The notes: a model not told the origin generated them from the sequence alone. 64,000 nucleotides of DNA from Schmidtea polychroa (GCA_044892525.1 CM097885.1:217496001-217560000); one strand, 5' to 3'; shown: positions 35,901-42,653, counted from the first letter of the stretch. Program-made: numbers and translations.

Positions 35901-37833
35901 ACAAGCAATACTAGCAGCGAAAGAAAATAGAGCAATAACGATCATGAGAATCCTTGGAGAGATGGGCGAGGAAACCAACACGAAAAATGAACAAGGTGAA
36001 ACCGCCATGATGTATGCAGCTATAACGAAAATACACCCAAAAACACTCCACATCCTACATCAATCAGGATCGAAACTAGACGAAAGGTCCAACGAAGGAA
36101 ATTCCACCTTGGACTGGGCAACCATACAGCCAAACTTAGAAATGATCAGATTTATTTGCAAAAATGCGACAAAAGAAGAAGTTGAAAATATGTGCAAAAA
36201 CACATCTCAGTTTCAATGGAATACGGTACGGAAAAATCTAGAAGCAATGAAATTATTATTAACCTGGAGAGTACCACAAAATAATAAATATGCGATAAAT
36301 GTAAACGAATTCTACGAAAACGGAGAAAATGCGATGGTAAAGAATACCCTAACTAAGGGGGGGACGCCTAAAATTATTTTAATAGTATTAAATAGAGAAG
36401 ACCTAAAATTCACGCAAAATCAGAACGAGCAACAGCGAATTGGGAAACATCGTCGTATGCAATTGAGAGAGTTAGTTAAAGAATGGAATAGAAAGAGACA
36501 TGCTGCAACGGGTAGAAAAGAGTTTGAATTCGAAGCAAAATTAGCAAGAAACAGAGTGCTAACAGCATATCGCAGATTATTGAACGATATAAATGTCGAG
36601 GACGACATTTTAAACGACAGCGGGGGAGATAAACACGATGACAATAACGGAAAAGGCCGAAAGGAGGATAAAGAGAAAAGAGAACCGGAGGAGGGTAAAC
36701 CGGAAAACAAGGATTCGGATACGAAAAGAGAGGGAAACAGCCCGGGAACTAAGACCAAAGAGGAAGAAAAATCGAATAATGGAAAACAGAGGGTATGCCT
36801 ACCTTTCACTAACAAAGAAATAGAGACAAATATGATATTAATGATAATTATGCTTACCATGATAGAGTTAGTAACAGCTCCTGGAGGGACGAGGACGATA
36901 AAAGAAACCAAAGAAGCGGAGAATCAAGATAGCAAAGAGGACGAACTAAAACAAGAAAAGAAAAAGCAAGCACAAGAGCAGCAGTGGGATTTAAAGGAAG
37001 AATGGGATTTAAAGGAAAGGTGTATACTAGGAAGATGCATGTCTAGAGCATATCAGAAACTAGTACTGATAAATGAGGACACAGAACCAATAACAGAAGT
37101 AAGAATACAAGAAGCATACCGAAACCGAGACGGGAAAAGAATAACGAACGTTAAAGGAAAAGAGGTACACCTAGGAAAAGGTGGCGAAGTAGTAATAACG
37201 CAGCTCCAACCAAGAAAAGAGCACAAAATCTGTATTTCAAGATTAGGACCGGGTGAGAGATGCCATCAATATGTGACGCAGCAGCAGCCCCCGAAGGAAT
37301 ATACGGTTTGTATCTGGAGGAATGAATCAAAAAGAGAATGCCGACGATACCCGGGGAAAAGAGGAAAGAAAAGAAAAAACCACGACGAAAAGAACGAAGG
37401 CGGAAAGCACAAGAAAACCGGCGAGGAAGCTCAGGACAACTATGTTTCGGAGGAAGAGATGGAAAAAATACAAAAGATGGCAAAGGAGGGTATGAACGAG
37501 GAAATAGCAAGAATACGGGAAATGATGAAAGGAAATGGCAAAAGAGGAAACGAGAAAGGCATAGAAGCGATATCAACATTAACGAACAAGGAGAAACCAG
37601 AGAATATAAGCGTGAAGCAGATGATGTGGATCAGTGGGATAATAATAACAGGGGCCTTCCTAATTATAACGGGGGGAACAATAAAAATAATTAAGGATAA
37701 ACGACATCGCGGAGAACTAGAAATGACCCGAATCAGAAACTTCCAACATCGAGTGAAACGACCAAGTGATATCAAACAAGGACAGTGGGTGGAGGCCTGG
37801 AACGTTCAGCGCCCTCCAAACTCACGTATATAG
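23980..37833 (+). CDS. gag-pol: 4,617-aa single-ORF polyprotein: Gag(CA,3xCCHC)-3xUbl-Bcl2-Env-PR-RT-RNaseH-IN-ANK-membrane domain
   Basis: Continuous ORF. Catalytic motifs intact: DTG (31210), YIDD (32428), RNase H TDAS/E/TDH, integrase HHCC and D,D,E. Confidence 0.97.
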   Translation: MTNVVKTDEYKEKFRGEPFNGNANKLATFITNFEVYITVCGWTPEAISKRMPLFLCDSALEVYLEAKERDTKLEKWEDIKTFLKKTFGASKPINQALGELANRKQRANESITLYASELRRLAKKAMNGKLPEENLIGYFIEGLRREEVRASVGCQMCKTLEEAIDWATRCELHLPAQMNLMQEEGRIATAIAKADNGDNNNQEPKMNQFIPGAHQIFKPPQGRSNGNNGNRNNPNNENNFNNRRNMNDNKQCRTCGKPGHWDRDCYRNSNCNRCGRRGHTENVCQLRGCFNCGQPGHISRDCRERGQQQRPPQRNNNYIANPQRQSNPNEGKQMNVMQEISQMKQMMQQMMRPRQESAPQQTQNIRMMRSTENLNNYEVHQHVQEWQRLQAEEERIKQERNQQRQEQPLRINMMKLVKDMKSQYCYNYGKSPRVVPMTEPEKVKEITTEMKTENSTTISKGNQRIQKIFWKKIKDKIEKEHNKAKTETEDENNKSEEQTSQLNHQMLQESESEETTIFERKKLKRVPRMRNLQINMMKRTKDVASSDEEEDYVSSLGGEILQPNEISEPSKGEIKEEESGNEITSESEDEDIEIKLRKAREEAIKQVAEILPVVVRNQEFIDVIPFRRFVQKVMKLERNEKDLIPNEEKSIIKNYMEKMKQADTTRYVIKIGTSRGLERMWIKNTVTDELFDWIREHLGSSRKKEYLYQYQGEQIKPDMHLVDALIWPGETQILKLHKEKQLANLYDWAKDAKAEYDFNIKLKLEQIKQCTLRRNLDKLIKQIQEQVEDNWDLLITRRAPAMYELMSRLRDTEMLRMSDWRTINLIHKYGRLRETQPQRLEITIWLPNEEKRRIKMSNQSTVDDLVSKINQEITEKVRSESSDGMVDDVVMMYDKIILRAEDDTSLSEMGMWDNHQIIRIVPMDEFRTRDVTYQKEIRDRMKTLYQKSTEIIEIHQQWLKEKELQGKITKLNTRSCRRTPWERVWNAENKEWEIRKGIFVETDIGETESESEEEEEEPPEYEEEARGQTSDDESETDVTSESENEARHIHAMRKKEREYADMDGEEATEAREREEKERYKQLGDILAMGAKNQKRQVVALANIILKTSENIHNLRGMAKAIEEYRQYNEWYPEQLEQIIRKWRNQEWAQDTQERYHIRIKYPDKSIEELEVHPTTKIRELKKKLAYETPFHLQLFGKSLDDNADVGITPMRLEETNVLTMAETLGKPLKRKSKIIKPTKGSLSTPSPNKAPSKSNETEEVEEIILEDSDDEPGERSPLLVRWPTGAEMWTNNQPSTSYQQPTKLNIEEIIDNTTETETDEQFQKQREPTKVTPESQTDKIIDEWNEWLRNNDSSLPRTDNERNPNYENTREAGTMMEKRAKGRPKKQGEKSEFKTKEQLKQEQGQVRLEKLDKIVWDLKEAQPTIERGEKWIRELLEDMLIITNPQLRRLWQRKVASTEARQLWHTISGIIPKLIKEKTKTTKTDWDETKRVIEQLTTNANDDEHHLVVITYLMYNLMGLAARKIPNKQFANHVEMTVSIIENTIEPHIIRAGGWKRLIQAPRKNEQERSMQVRLKKLLNELEWELPMKDPASRKASINSLMMTMMIWMLCTSGATGFTIYDCDNMIMRDKYSLRDIEECRQASPNKLDIVRTKVTYHVYQESDFIRTQARECVVSKKVLAYYCGQYSYSTLILPGLDKEIVSIQREDCKELFRTGALKMHNGVTIHGQTGMIKTESVYVSGKVKSSDGSCNGGTYTIRGEVISGVVVIESYTVELKEYEAQFDANNYQMKTNPACKATENVCRTGVSTIIYEANTQKCRLQLLKSALFNEVKGEIYENENDEDGNDRVRMRNGKPMPPSPREKRLSTQKTPTALITDDPDLGMRFIKEKETTKCDSIVYKTNYAGIYMSRQIIDRAVGKIATEDVKLYLYANNKMDFLFHRGQTTLQKVYYDLIQNDCSLNKEILKTKLAIAITHPDNTMPSLPLPDGHFGRMVGEVMYTYQCTKTYARMPEKSILPEKRCANELEIRYKGQNRFVQPVTRIMNPVGFYPNLFNCSNAYGPLYERPDGKWMMLPGKTISEEPKKFGLIELATELDFKPIDVSNGGMYSPEDLETARLNVLFPARRESILSNMVTITGGTNYQSGPNYELLLSPDHFQQATSNMMKAMWGRFLVFGQMMAGILGIILIIQIVRVILTQMLACFDIYKREKKVNWKMIVGFLPFLAKTMVLHGHSKDIHRIKRLIKILTKIKGTDEEVGRRFRKVMYDEATRRQLKKNKPKFLDRFRSQSSNSDSDDDDNGNDKCLYPNRNPNEKPMETAPYWEKEKTNTWIANGSYIPPDIVGPQTALTMTQNMYPQLPSQPGMHYMPTRRTKSVDQADDVRTIAAMSLPGGPAVTVMIQINGKETNAMIDTGANVSAIAINQIPSKHWKDIESTTIHIIACSKETVDVVGRWWTTLRYQDNEIETYLAVIPKLSVPCIIGTDLMPELLKEVVIDLTTMCLKDKTGRICKMNAVIRCPEKIIVPAKSQMICQIKVDTGMEGEVIFEPSKSFEKRRELPLAREIITINQEGVIPLNITNFEEEDKIIYENEKLGRLTPMMDIELPKVTNEMIKDDELWTIDSMLLTNNEKKKLHRLLVEYKDIFAISDLDLGTCDVTLHAIPLIDETPIALRPYKLAEMQKEIAEAEVQKMLDAKVIEPSCSPWQFPVVMVKKKDGTQRFCIDYRKLNAVTKRDTYPLPDINEMLLMLQGAAYFTSLDLKSGYWQIKVKDEDKEKTAFTLGRDLYQFRKMPFGLTNAPASFQRCMNFVTHGIKQCMVYIDDLLIYSATFEQHLEDIRNVFIRLRQWKLKLKPSKCDWAKEKVTFLGHIVSAKGKEPDPRNIEKIKTCPAPKTVTQVQEFLGLCGYYRKFIKNYAGIAKPIQELVKKDISFLWGKEQQEAFETLRDKLIEAPILVHPDFKKPFLLATDASGYAAGAILGQLDDEGKERVIGYYSRTFKKHEKNYSVTEREALAIIQAIKHFRYLLWGHEICITTDHQPLVWLGQHKEASSRLMRWAMQLQEYSPFIKFKAGRANANADCMSRFIFPDLVDSEMQRICLIVAEDLDFCQLRKDQQEDAELKQIIDYVKTGKTDVYAKDQKLKEHMDKHRHRYIIEKDWLLIMDGEKRLMCIPENRRKELLTQYHDGRLGGHMSSKKTLARMKQKYFWPTLTEDVTEWVKNCLTCATRKNTGSKWKAPLTPMPVPIEPMTMISMDVVGPLPESDKGNVYILVITDFLTKFPEAFAMPDQKAKTIAKILVEEICCRYGTPKQILTDQGTNFMSEIMSEVTNYFKIAKLRTSPYHPQTNGMTERFNGTLIQMLSNYVDRHQRDWDEYINLCLMAYRMSIHASTKMSPFKLMYGRECNMPMDLEYQPPISQYMEIDDYVTKFKERMQEIWETAGLNIKFYQESYKDLHDRKKNVKQHTFQTGDWVMIETPELIPGTTKKLQRNGKGPYEILFVGETNVRVKLVNNPFTRPIYVNVARCKSIPKTATSQPEGRTLTTRSQTYRMNMMQQLAEPITGRLGIQPSEAEKIVKEVKIRIPGWAKDRLDFEILGGLLTMIENYANRERTHPLLRVVKSQWPILFTITDHYGDTPLHKLMKVGNNEQILETIEAFHDCKRSTEQTNNQGYTPLMIAANRGKTKDIITALLDTGSKITTQDHGRKNALHHAIEGRSTEAFTSLMELLSYEDNREVGNMYDGLLTAIKEKLTTITGILITWRNPIQNDYMINVNEAFTRGENTLMREAMKGHHLFEIPNQLLERGIKFTNHKDEQLAKKRIDTFEESLFQFTNQVRNKYWETVSVLYMMDTMNNIRENYLDIIQILTAEERINNPNGKKTKIRYEKSRESKSTTNQTVTNNVIETKSMSIDQEAIIRKAKEVFFEEMLELPDEIILSKIIKAVHTYARDQTTGLDIGKIKTFLPRAFTMVTKDSRTPLQQAILAAKENRAITIMRILGEMGEETNTKNEQGETAMMYAAITKIHPKTLHILHQSGSKLDERSNEGNSTLDWATIQPNLEMIRFICKNATKEEVENMCKNTSQFQWNTVRKNLEAMKLLLTWRVPQNNKYAINVNEFYENGENAMVKNTLTKGGTPKIILIVLNREDLKFTQNQNEQQRIGKHRRMQLRELVKEWNRKRHAATGRKEFEFEAKLARNRVLTAYRRLLNDINVEDDILNDSGGDKHDDNNGKGRKEDKEKREPEEGKPENKDSDTKREGNSPGTKTKEEEKSNNGKQRVCLPFTNKEIETNMILMIIMLTMIELVTAPGGTRTIKETKEAENQDSKEDELKQEKKKQAQEQQWDLKEEWDLKERCILGRCMSRAYQKLVLINEDTEPITEVRIQEAYRNRDGKRITNVKGKEVHLGKGGEVVITQLQPRKEHKICISRLGPGERCHQYVTQQQPPKEYTVCIWRNESKRECRRYPGKRGKKRKNHDEKNEGGKHKKTGEEAQDNYVSEEEMEKIQKMAKEGMNEEIARIREMMKGNGKRGNEKGIEAISTLTNKEKPENISVKQMMWISGIIITGAFLIITGGTIKIIKDKRHRGELEMTRIRNFQHRVKRPSDIKQGQWVEAWNVQRPPNSRI
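24010..24885 (+). other. gag: Gag capsid plus three CCHC zinc knuckles
   Basis: Retrotransposon-gag-like block (QRANESITLYASEL...FIEGL) and CX2CX4HX4C x3 at 24733-24885. Confidence 0.92.
25975..27639 (+). other. Three putative ubiquitin-like domains (25975-26190, 26494-26745, 27439-27639)
   Basis: Each ~70-85 aa with the ubiquitin hydrophobic pattern. Example: IEELEVHPTTKIRELKKKL...LFGKSLDD vs ubiquitin ITLEVEPSDTIENVKAKI...FAGKQLED. Confidence 0.55.
28255..28665 (+). other. Bcl-2-like domain
   Basis: Helical region ending in BH2-like HIIRAGGWKRL (cf. WIQENGGWDTF). The BH1-position segment DEHHLVVITYL lacks NWGR. Confidence 0.65.
28780..30700 (+). other. env: Envelope glycoprotein of chuvirus (Jingchuvirales) G type, with internal signal peptide and C-terminal TM
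   Basis: Signal LMMTMMIWMLCTSGATG|F, then YDC..SLRDIEEC, YYCG, LQKVYYDLIQNDCSL, GEVMYTYQC, CANEL, GGMYSPEDL..LFP, then TM WGRFLVFGQMMAGILGIILII (30484-30588) and a second hydrophobic stretch. These motifs are colinear with chuvirus glycoproteins as I recall them. Confidence 0.85.
31165..34550 (+). other. pol: Pol: aspartic protease, reverse transcriptase, RNase H, integrase with GPY/F
   Basis: AMIDTGA...IIGTD; RFCIDYRKLN, LDLKSGYWQI, PFGLTNAPASFQR, YIDD; TDAS...TDHQPL; H-H-C-C, SMDVVGP, TDQG, NGMTERFN; GPY. Confidence 0.98.
34852..36420 (+). other. Two ankyrin-repeat modules C-terminal to integrase
   Basis: GDTPLH, GYTPLMIAA, NALHHA; then RTPLQQA, GETAMMYAA, GNSTLDWA. The two modules share the tail TWRxPxxNxYxINVNE..GEN, 340 aa apart. 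Confidence 0.85.
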
Positions 37834-37969
37834 AAAGGAATATGACTGTATATAATTGTAAAAAGTAAGTATATCTTATGTATATAACAGTACTATATCT
37901 TTATATAAGCGCGGTATCAATATTATACAATAACGGGAATCATAAAATAAAACTAAATTTACATAAGAG

Positions 37970-38353
37970 TTGAAAAGTGTATATAAATTAGGAATGGATC
38001 AAGGAAATAACGAAATGAACCACAATACAGTAACTGAAGAATTATGGAAGCAACAATGTGCCGTATTAGCACAATTAGTGTCCAATTTGCAAGAACAAGG
38101 ATTGACGATGCACAGAAACCTGATCGAGAGTATGAACAGAGGATTTAGTTATTTGAAGATAATTGAAGACCAGAGGTTAAAAATCGAACAAATGCAAAGA
38201 GAGATAGAGAGGATAACCCAATATAGCCGTCGACAGGAAATTGAAATAGACCGAATGAGGGAGGAAGCAGAACAGATAGAAATAGAAGACTGGTCGGAAT
38301 GGCTAATGAATAGAGAGGAGAGCGGACACGAAGCCGACTCTTCCGAACCCTAA
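37970..38353 (+). CDS. Small coiled-coil accessory protein (probable start ATG 37994)
   Basis: E/Q/R-rich heptads; AG 2 nt before ATG 37994. Confidence 0.65.
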   Translation: MKSVYKLGMDQGNNEMNHNTVTEELWKQQCAVLAQLVSNLQEQGLTMHRNLIESMNRGFSYLKIIEDQRLKIEQMQREIERITQYSRRQEIEIDRMREEAEQIEIEDWSEWLMNREESGHEADSSEP

Positions 38354-38438
38354 ACCAAACCTAGCTTAAAATGTAAATAATTGTAAATAAAATATCGAAC
38401 CTGTATCGATAAGAACTACTTGTACATATAATTATAGA

Positions 38439-39827
38439 ATGGATAAACGACAAAGAGAAGAGTTCAGAGAGATTGTCGAGCAAGTCCGAAAATCTACAAC
38501 GATCAGAATACACAAACATGTTATGTGCGGAATATGTGAAAAGTTGTTAAAGGAACCTCACCAAACGCAATGTGGATGCCGAGCATGTAAAGAATGTATC
38601 AGTGAAGCAATAAAGAATAGACCACAGAGGTGCCCGGTGTGCAAAGAGACACTAATATCGAGTTTAGAAGACACTAACGAGGATAAAGCCGCAGTGAAAG
38701 ACATGTTAAACACCAACCTGGGATGCAAAAATGCCCCATGCGAATGGAAAGGAGTAATATGGAAGGTAGTACAACATATGGGAGAATGTATGTACAGAAT
38801 TGGCCAGTGTGAAAGGTGCCATAAAACCATTCGAGCAAGCGAAGAAAAAGAGCATCAAAGGCAGTGTGAGGAGAGATTGGAAAGATGTGAACACTGTGGA
38901 GAAATAGATACGTGGATAAATCTCACCCTCAAACATCACAATGTCCAAGAGGAGAGAGTATGTGCGGAGTTCAGTGGGGAATGCCCAAACGGATGTAACC
39001 AAGGGGAAATAATGAAGGTGGCACAGCATCTAAGGGAATGCGAAAAGAAAAGAATGACATGTGTACTAGGTAGATGGGGTTGTCAGAAATTACTACACCG
39101 AGGTGAGTTACCACATCATTTAGTAGAAAATGCTTCAACTCACGCAGAAATGTGGTCGACTGCGTTACGAGAAAGCGAAGAGAAAGTAAAACAAATGGAG
39201 ATAGAGATAACATCGTTGAAAGTGTTAGTCAAAGAACTACTAGAAGAAAGGGAAGCGTTCGAAGAAGCCCGAGCAAACATAAAGATGCAAATAAACCGAA
39301 TAGAAATCAGTAATAATCAGGCCAAGGAGCTACATCAGAAAATACGGGAAATAAATCTAAATGAGATAACCCCAACAGCACCCTACATATGGAAAATAAC
39401 GGGAGTAAAAGAAAGAATACGAAAAGCAAAAACCGGAGAAGAGACAAGAATAACAAGTCCTGCATTCCATTCTTGGAAAAATGGGTACAAAATGAAAATG
39501 AAGATATATCCCAACGGGGACGGAACCGGATTAGATACGCACTTTTCGATTTTCTTTCTATTATGTAAAGGAGAATACGACGAAATATTAGAATGGCCGT
39601 TCCAGGCAAAAATCGATATTACTCTGATGAACAACCAAAGTATACATGAGCAAAGCTTCAAAACAACGGGGAATCAAATAGCTTACCAGAGGCCCCTCAA
39701 CGAAGAAGGATCAGCAACAGGAGCACCTACGTTCATCTCACAACAAAGAGTAGAAGATATGGCGAGAAATGATACCATATATATCAAGATGACCGTGAGG
39801 AAAGAGGAGAAGGGTAGAACGGAGTAA
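38439..39827 (+). CDS. TRAF: Full-length TRAF homolog (RING, TRAF zinc fingers, coiled coil, MATH/TRAF-C)
   Basis: CGIC..L.EP.QT.CG.R.C..C..CPVC RING; repeated CxxC/HxxxC fingers; MATH motifs YIWKI, SPAF...GYKM...YPNGDG...HFSIFF...GEYDEILEWPF, GAPTFI, DTIYIK. Confidence 0.95.
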   Translation: MDKRQREEFREIVEQVRKSTTIRIHKHVMCGICEKLLKEPHQTQCGCRACKECISEAIKNRPQRCPVCKETLISSLEDTNEDKAAVKDMLNTNLGCKNAPCEWKGVIWKVVQHMGECMYRIGQCERCHKTIRASEEKEHQRQCEERLERCEHCGEIDTWINLTLKHHNVQEERVCAEFSGECPNGCNQGEIMKVAQHLRECEKKRMTCVLGRWGCQKLLHRGELPHHLVENASTHAEMWSTALRESEEKVKQMEIEITSLKVLVKELLEEREAFEEARANIKMQINRIEISNNQAKELHQKIREINLNEITPTAPYIWKITGVKERIRKAKTGEETRITSPAFHSWKNGYKMKMKIYPNGDGTGLDTHFSIFFLLCKGEYDEILEWPFQAKIDITLMNNQSIHEQSFKTTGNQIAYQRPLNEEGSATGAPTFISQQRVEDMARNDTIYIKMTVRKEEKGRTE

Positions 39828-40020
39828 CCAATCGAATAATGTGGTATATAATAATCTGTATATATCGGTGTATATAACCAATAAAATATTATATAATAAT
39901 AGTATGAAAACCCTAAATACGAAAACCCAAAAATGATGCGAAAATTCCCCAAGAAACAGTAAATAATGAATAAATTCCTTTTTCATAATAAAAAGATTAA
40001 TCGATGTCTATGATTTAGAG

Positions 40021-41076
40021 ATGACACAAGAGAAAATAACCGAAACTGCGATAGACCCAACCAAGGTCAACAAGACACAAATTCCCCGAGAACATAACAA
40101 AAAATGGAACAAAGTAATGTTCCAACTAACTAATCTCACCCGAAATCACATCGAAGAAACTAGAGAAGATGAGAATAGTCAATACCAATGGTTAATACAC
40201 AACTTAAGAGCGGAAGCAGAAGCATGCAAAAGAGCATCAAAATGGGCGTCACTGGAAAATACCCGCCAAGAAGCACACAGCCACTACTTAAAGCAGCTGG
40301 TGCAGGAAGCGAGAAAGAGACTTACCGATGAGAACACCAAGCGCGAAGCGGAAAAACAAATAGCAGACAGGAAAATGATGCACTTAGTGGCAGAAGCGAG
40401 GAAATGGAAAAGACAAAACAGAGAAATGAAAAAAGAGATGAAAGAATTGCCCATGAGACTCGGATATGAAAGCGAACAAGGTAAATGGGAGGAGAATTTA
40501 ATAATAAAGGAAGAATTGAAAAGGTTGAGAAAGGTCGCCGCCCGAAGCCAAACCTGGCAAACAAAGGCTATGGAGTTTGAGCGACATTTGGCAATGAAGT
40601 GCGACATAAGAGAGCACGAGAATGCCGCAATGGAAGAGATGATAACCCAACAAGCGGGACGGGTTGTGGAATTAGTAAATCAGGTAGAAGAGATGAAAAG
40701 AGACCTTAATGGATTACAAGGATCGCTGGAACAAAGAAACATGGTCCTAGCGGGAAAAAACAAAAAATTAGAAAACGAAAGGAAAATGTACACCGAAAAT
40801 ATTAAAAACTTAGAAATAGAAATTGAAAAATGGAAGGGCGACGAGAAAGTCAAGGCCCTAGACAAACAGATAGAGGCGAAAGATGAAGAGACAAGGTATC
40901 TCACCTATCTGCTCGACGAGGAATTGAATATCACTCGAGCTCTAAGAGACGAAGTTAGTGAATTGAGAGCTCAAATTCCCCAATATTACCTACCATACGA
41001 CCCTATTGCGATACAGTTACATTCCGCGGTCGATAGTGATGAAGGTTATGTAGGCCAGGAGGAAACCTTCGTATGA
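40021..41076 (+). CDS. 351-aa long coiled-coil accessory protein
   Basis: Intact ORF with continuous charged heptads; no recognisable catalytic motif. Confidence 0.75.
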   Translation: MTQEKITETAIDPTKVNKTQIPREHNKKWNKVMFQLTNLTRNHIEETREDENSQYQWLIHNLRAEAEACKRASKWASLENTRQEAHSHYLKQLVQEARKRLTDENTKREAEKQIADRKMMHLVAEARKWKRQNREMKKEMKELPMRLGYESEQGKWEENLIIKEELKRLRKVAARSQTWQTKAMEFERHLAMKCDIREHENAAMEEMITQQAGRVVELVNQVEEMKRDLNGLQGSLEQRNMVLAGKNKKLENERKMYTENIKNLEIEIEKWKGDEKVKALDKQIEAKDEETRYLTYLLDEELNITRALRDEVSELRAQIPQYYLPYDPIAIQLHSAVDSDEGYVGQEETFV

Positions 41077-41245
41077 GGGTGGATGAAAAGATGAAAAACT
41101 AAAAACCGGGACGTATATCCCAAACAAAAAAATTAAAGTACAGTAAAAGTATTTGAGGGACTGTAACCCTGTGTAAATAAAAACGATATAAATGTATAAG
41201 TATAAGTCGCACTGTAGCGCATGATTAATTGTAAATATTATAGAT

Positions 41246-41944
41246 ATGAAAATCGAGGAAATGATAGAAATTATGAGCGACGTAGAAGAGGGAGAGATTG
41301 AGGCAGAAACAACAGAAACACAAACGCTAAAGGCCGAGTTACGGGAAGAGAAATACGAAAACGGGAGATTAATAAACAAATACCTGGAGGACCGGAAAAT
41401 GATAAAGGTGTTAAAGAAAGAGTGCGAAGCGTTGGGGGAAATAAAAAGAGAAGCGGAAGAGGAAAATGAATGGCTACACGAACAAAGGAAGCGAGGGAAA
41501 AACTGGGAAAAGATAGCGGAAGAACTATGGAAAGAGAGGGCAAGCTTCAAAGCAAAGGAGGTAATCCAAGACTACTGGAAAACTGAGGCGAAGGAGCGCC
41601 AAACAGCTATAAATAAATTAAAACGACCTCTAGAAGAAAACCAACGGGAAAGTAAAGAAATGAGGAAGTGGGTCCGCAAATATAGAGAAATAGAAAGAAA
41701 ACATCAACAACAAAATTACCTGCAAGAAAACGAACAAGATCTCCTACAAATCGAGCTAAAAAGAAACCTTGAAAAGAAAAGGGAAGAAATTAGACGCTTG
41801 GAAAAAGAAATTAGACATCTAAAGAAAGAAGCCCGTGAAAAAGACCGACAATTGGAAATGCTGCCCGAGTTAAGACACAGGGTAATTAAAGCAGAGTCCA
41901 CCTTGATGAGAATCGGCGAAAATAATCCAAATCAGAACCATTAA
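41246..41944 (+). CDS. 232-aa coiled-coil accessory protein
   Basis: Intact ORF, E/K/R-rich heptads. Confidence 0.75.
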   Translation: MKIEEMIEIMSDVEEGEIEAETTETQTLKAELREEKYENGRLINKYLEDRKMIKVLKKECEALGEIKREAEEENEWLHEQRKRGKNWEKIAEELWKERASFKAKEVIQDYWKTEAKERQTAINKLKRPLEENQRESKEMRKWVRKYREIERKHQQQNYLQENEQDLLQIELKRNLEKKREEIRRLEKEIRHLKKEAREKDRQLEMLPELRHRVIKAESTLMRIGENNPNQNH

Positions 41945-41984
41945 ATTAAGGGTCATTAAAACCAATTGTAAATAAACATAATGA

Positions 41985-42653
41985 ATGTATAATAGTATCA
42001 TGCGAGGCGAGATGATGATAACAATGATGGTATTGATGATTCTGATGGAGAGCAAACCAATAGACGCCCAACCGAAAATAGTACGAGATTATCGAAATCA
42101 AAATCAAGAACCTAAACAAGAATCCGGTCAATGCACATACCCGATGACCGTAAAAACCCATATCATCCAAACCATTCAATCAACCCGATCACACATCAAC
42201 AACATCCAAACAATGTGTAAAAAGAATCCCATTTGTAAAATGATAAACAAACAAATCCTCGAACAAATCCAACAATTCGACCAGTTGGAACAACAAATGC
42301 AACAAGAGAATTTTGGAAATCTGGTAGAAAAGCCAAAAATACCTCCCGAAATCAATGACACCCATTATCTCATATATGTGGTGATCGCAGAAACCCTCCT
42401 CCTATGTCTACCAATATTCATGAAAATTTACGAAGTTCGAAATAGATGTAGAGTCTCGACATCAATAAGAGTAACCTCGAACCAAAATCCTCAAGAAGTG
42501 CCCCTGACAAATCTTAACCCAACCCCATTCCGACCTCGAACCCCGAGTAATCAACCAATCCAGCCGAAATCTAATAGTCAGACCTATCTCAACATTAATA
42601 CCCAAACCAACCAACAGCCGCCAGCAGAAGCATCAATGGTTAACAGTTCATAA
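41985..42653 (+). CDS. Type I membrane protein (signal peptide, Cys/coiled-coil ectodomain, TM, Pro/Gln-rich tail); probable start 42000
   Basis: MMITMMVLMILM..IDA|Q signal, 3 Cys, NDT sequon, TM YLIYVVIAETLLLCLPIFM. AATAAA at 42760 is followed by a GU/U-rich tract. Confidence 0.75.
   Translation: MYNSIMRGEMMITMMVLMILMESKPIDAQPKIVRDYRNQNQEPKQESGQCTYPMTVKTHIIQTIQSTRSHINNIQTMCKKNPICKMINKQILEQIQQFDQLEQQMQQENFGNLVEKPKIPPEINDTHYLIYVVIAETLLLCLPIFMKIYEVRNRCRVSTSIRVTSNQNPQEVPLTNLNPTPFRPRTPSNQPIQPKSNSQTYLNINTQTNQQPPAEASMVNSS

Noticed and set aside
37865-37870. Perfect GTAAGT donor just after the polyprotein stop as the source of accessory mRNAs
   Set aside because: Splicing from here alone would leave the accessory ORFs downstream of a 14-kb ORF. 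No further support.
23802-42361. Dozens of minus-strand ORFs inside the element
   Set aside because: Shadow ORFs: the A-rich coding strand yields few antisense stops. They translate to low-complexity F/L/S sequence with no motifs.
42423-42653. TRAF-binding motif in the tail of the type I membrane protein
   Set aside because: NPQE, PIQPK and PAEA do not fit PxQxT/S, (P/S/A/T)x(Q/E)E or PxExx(aromatic/acidic) consensus.
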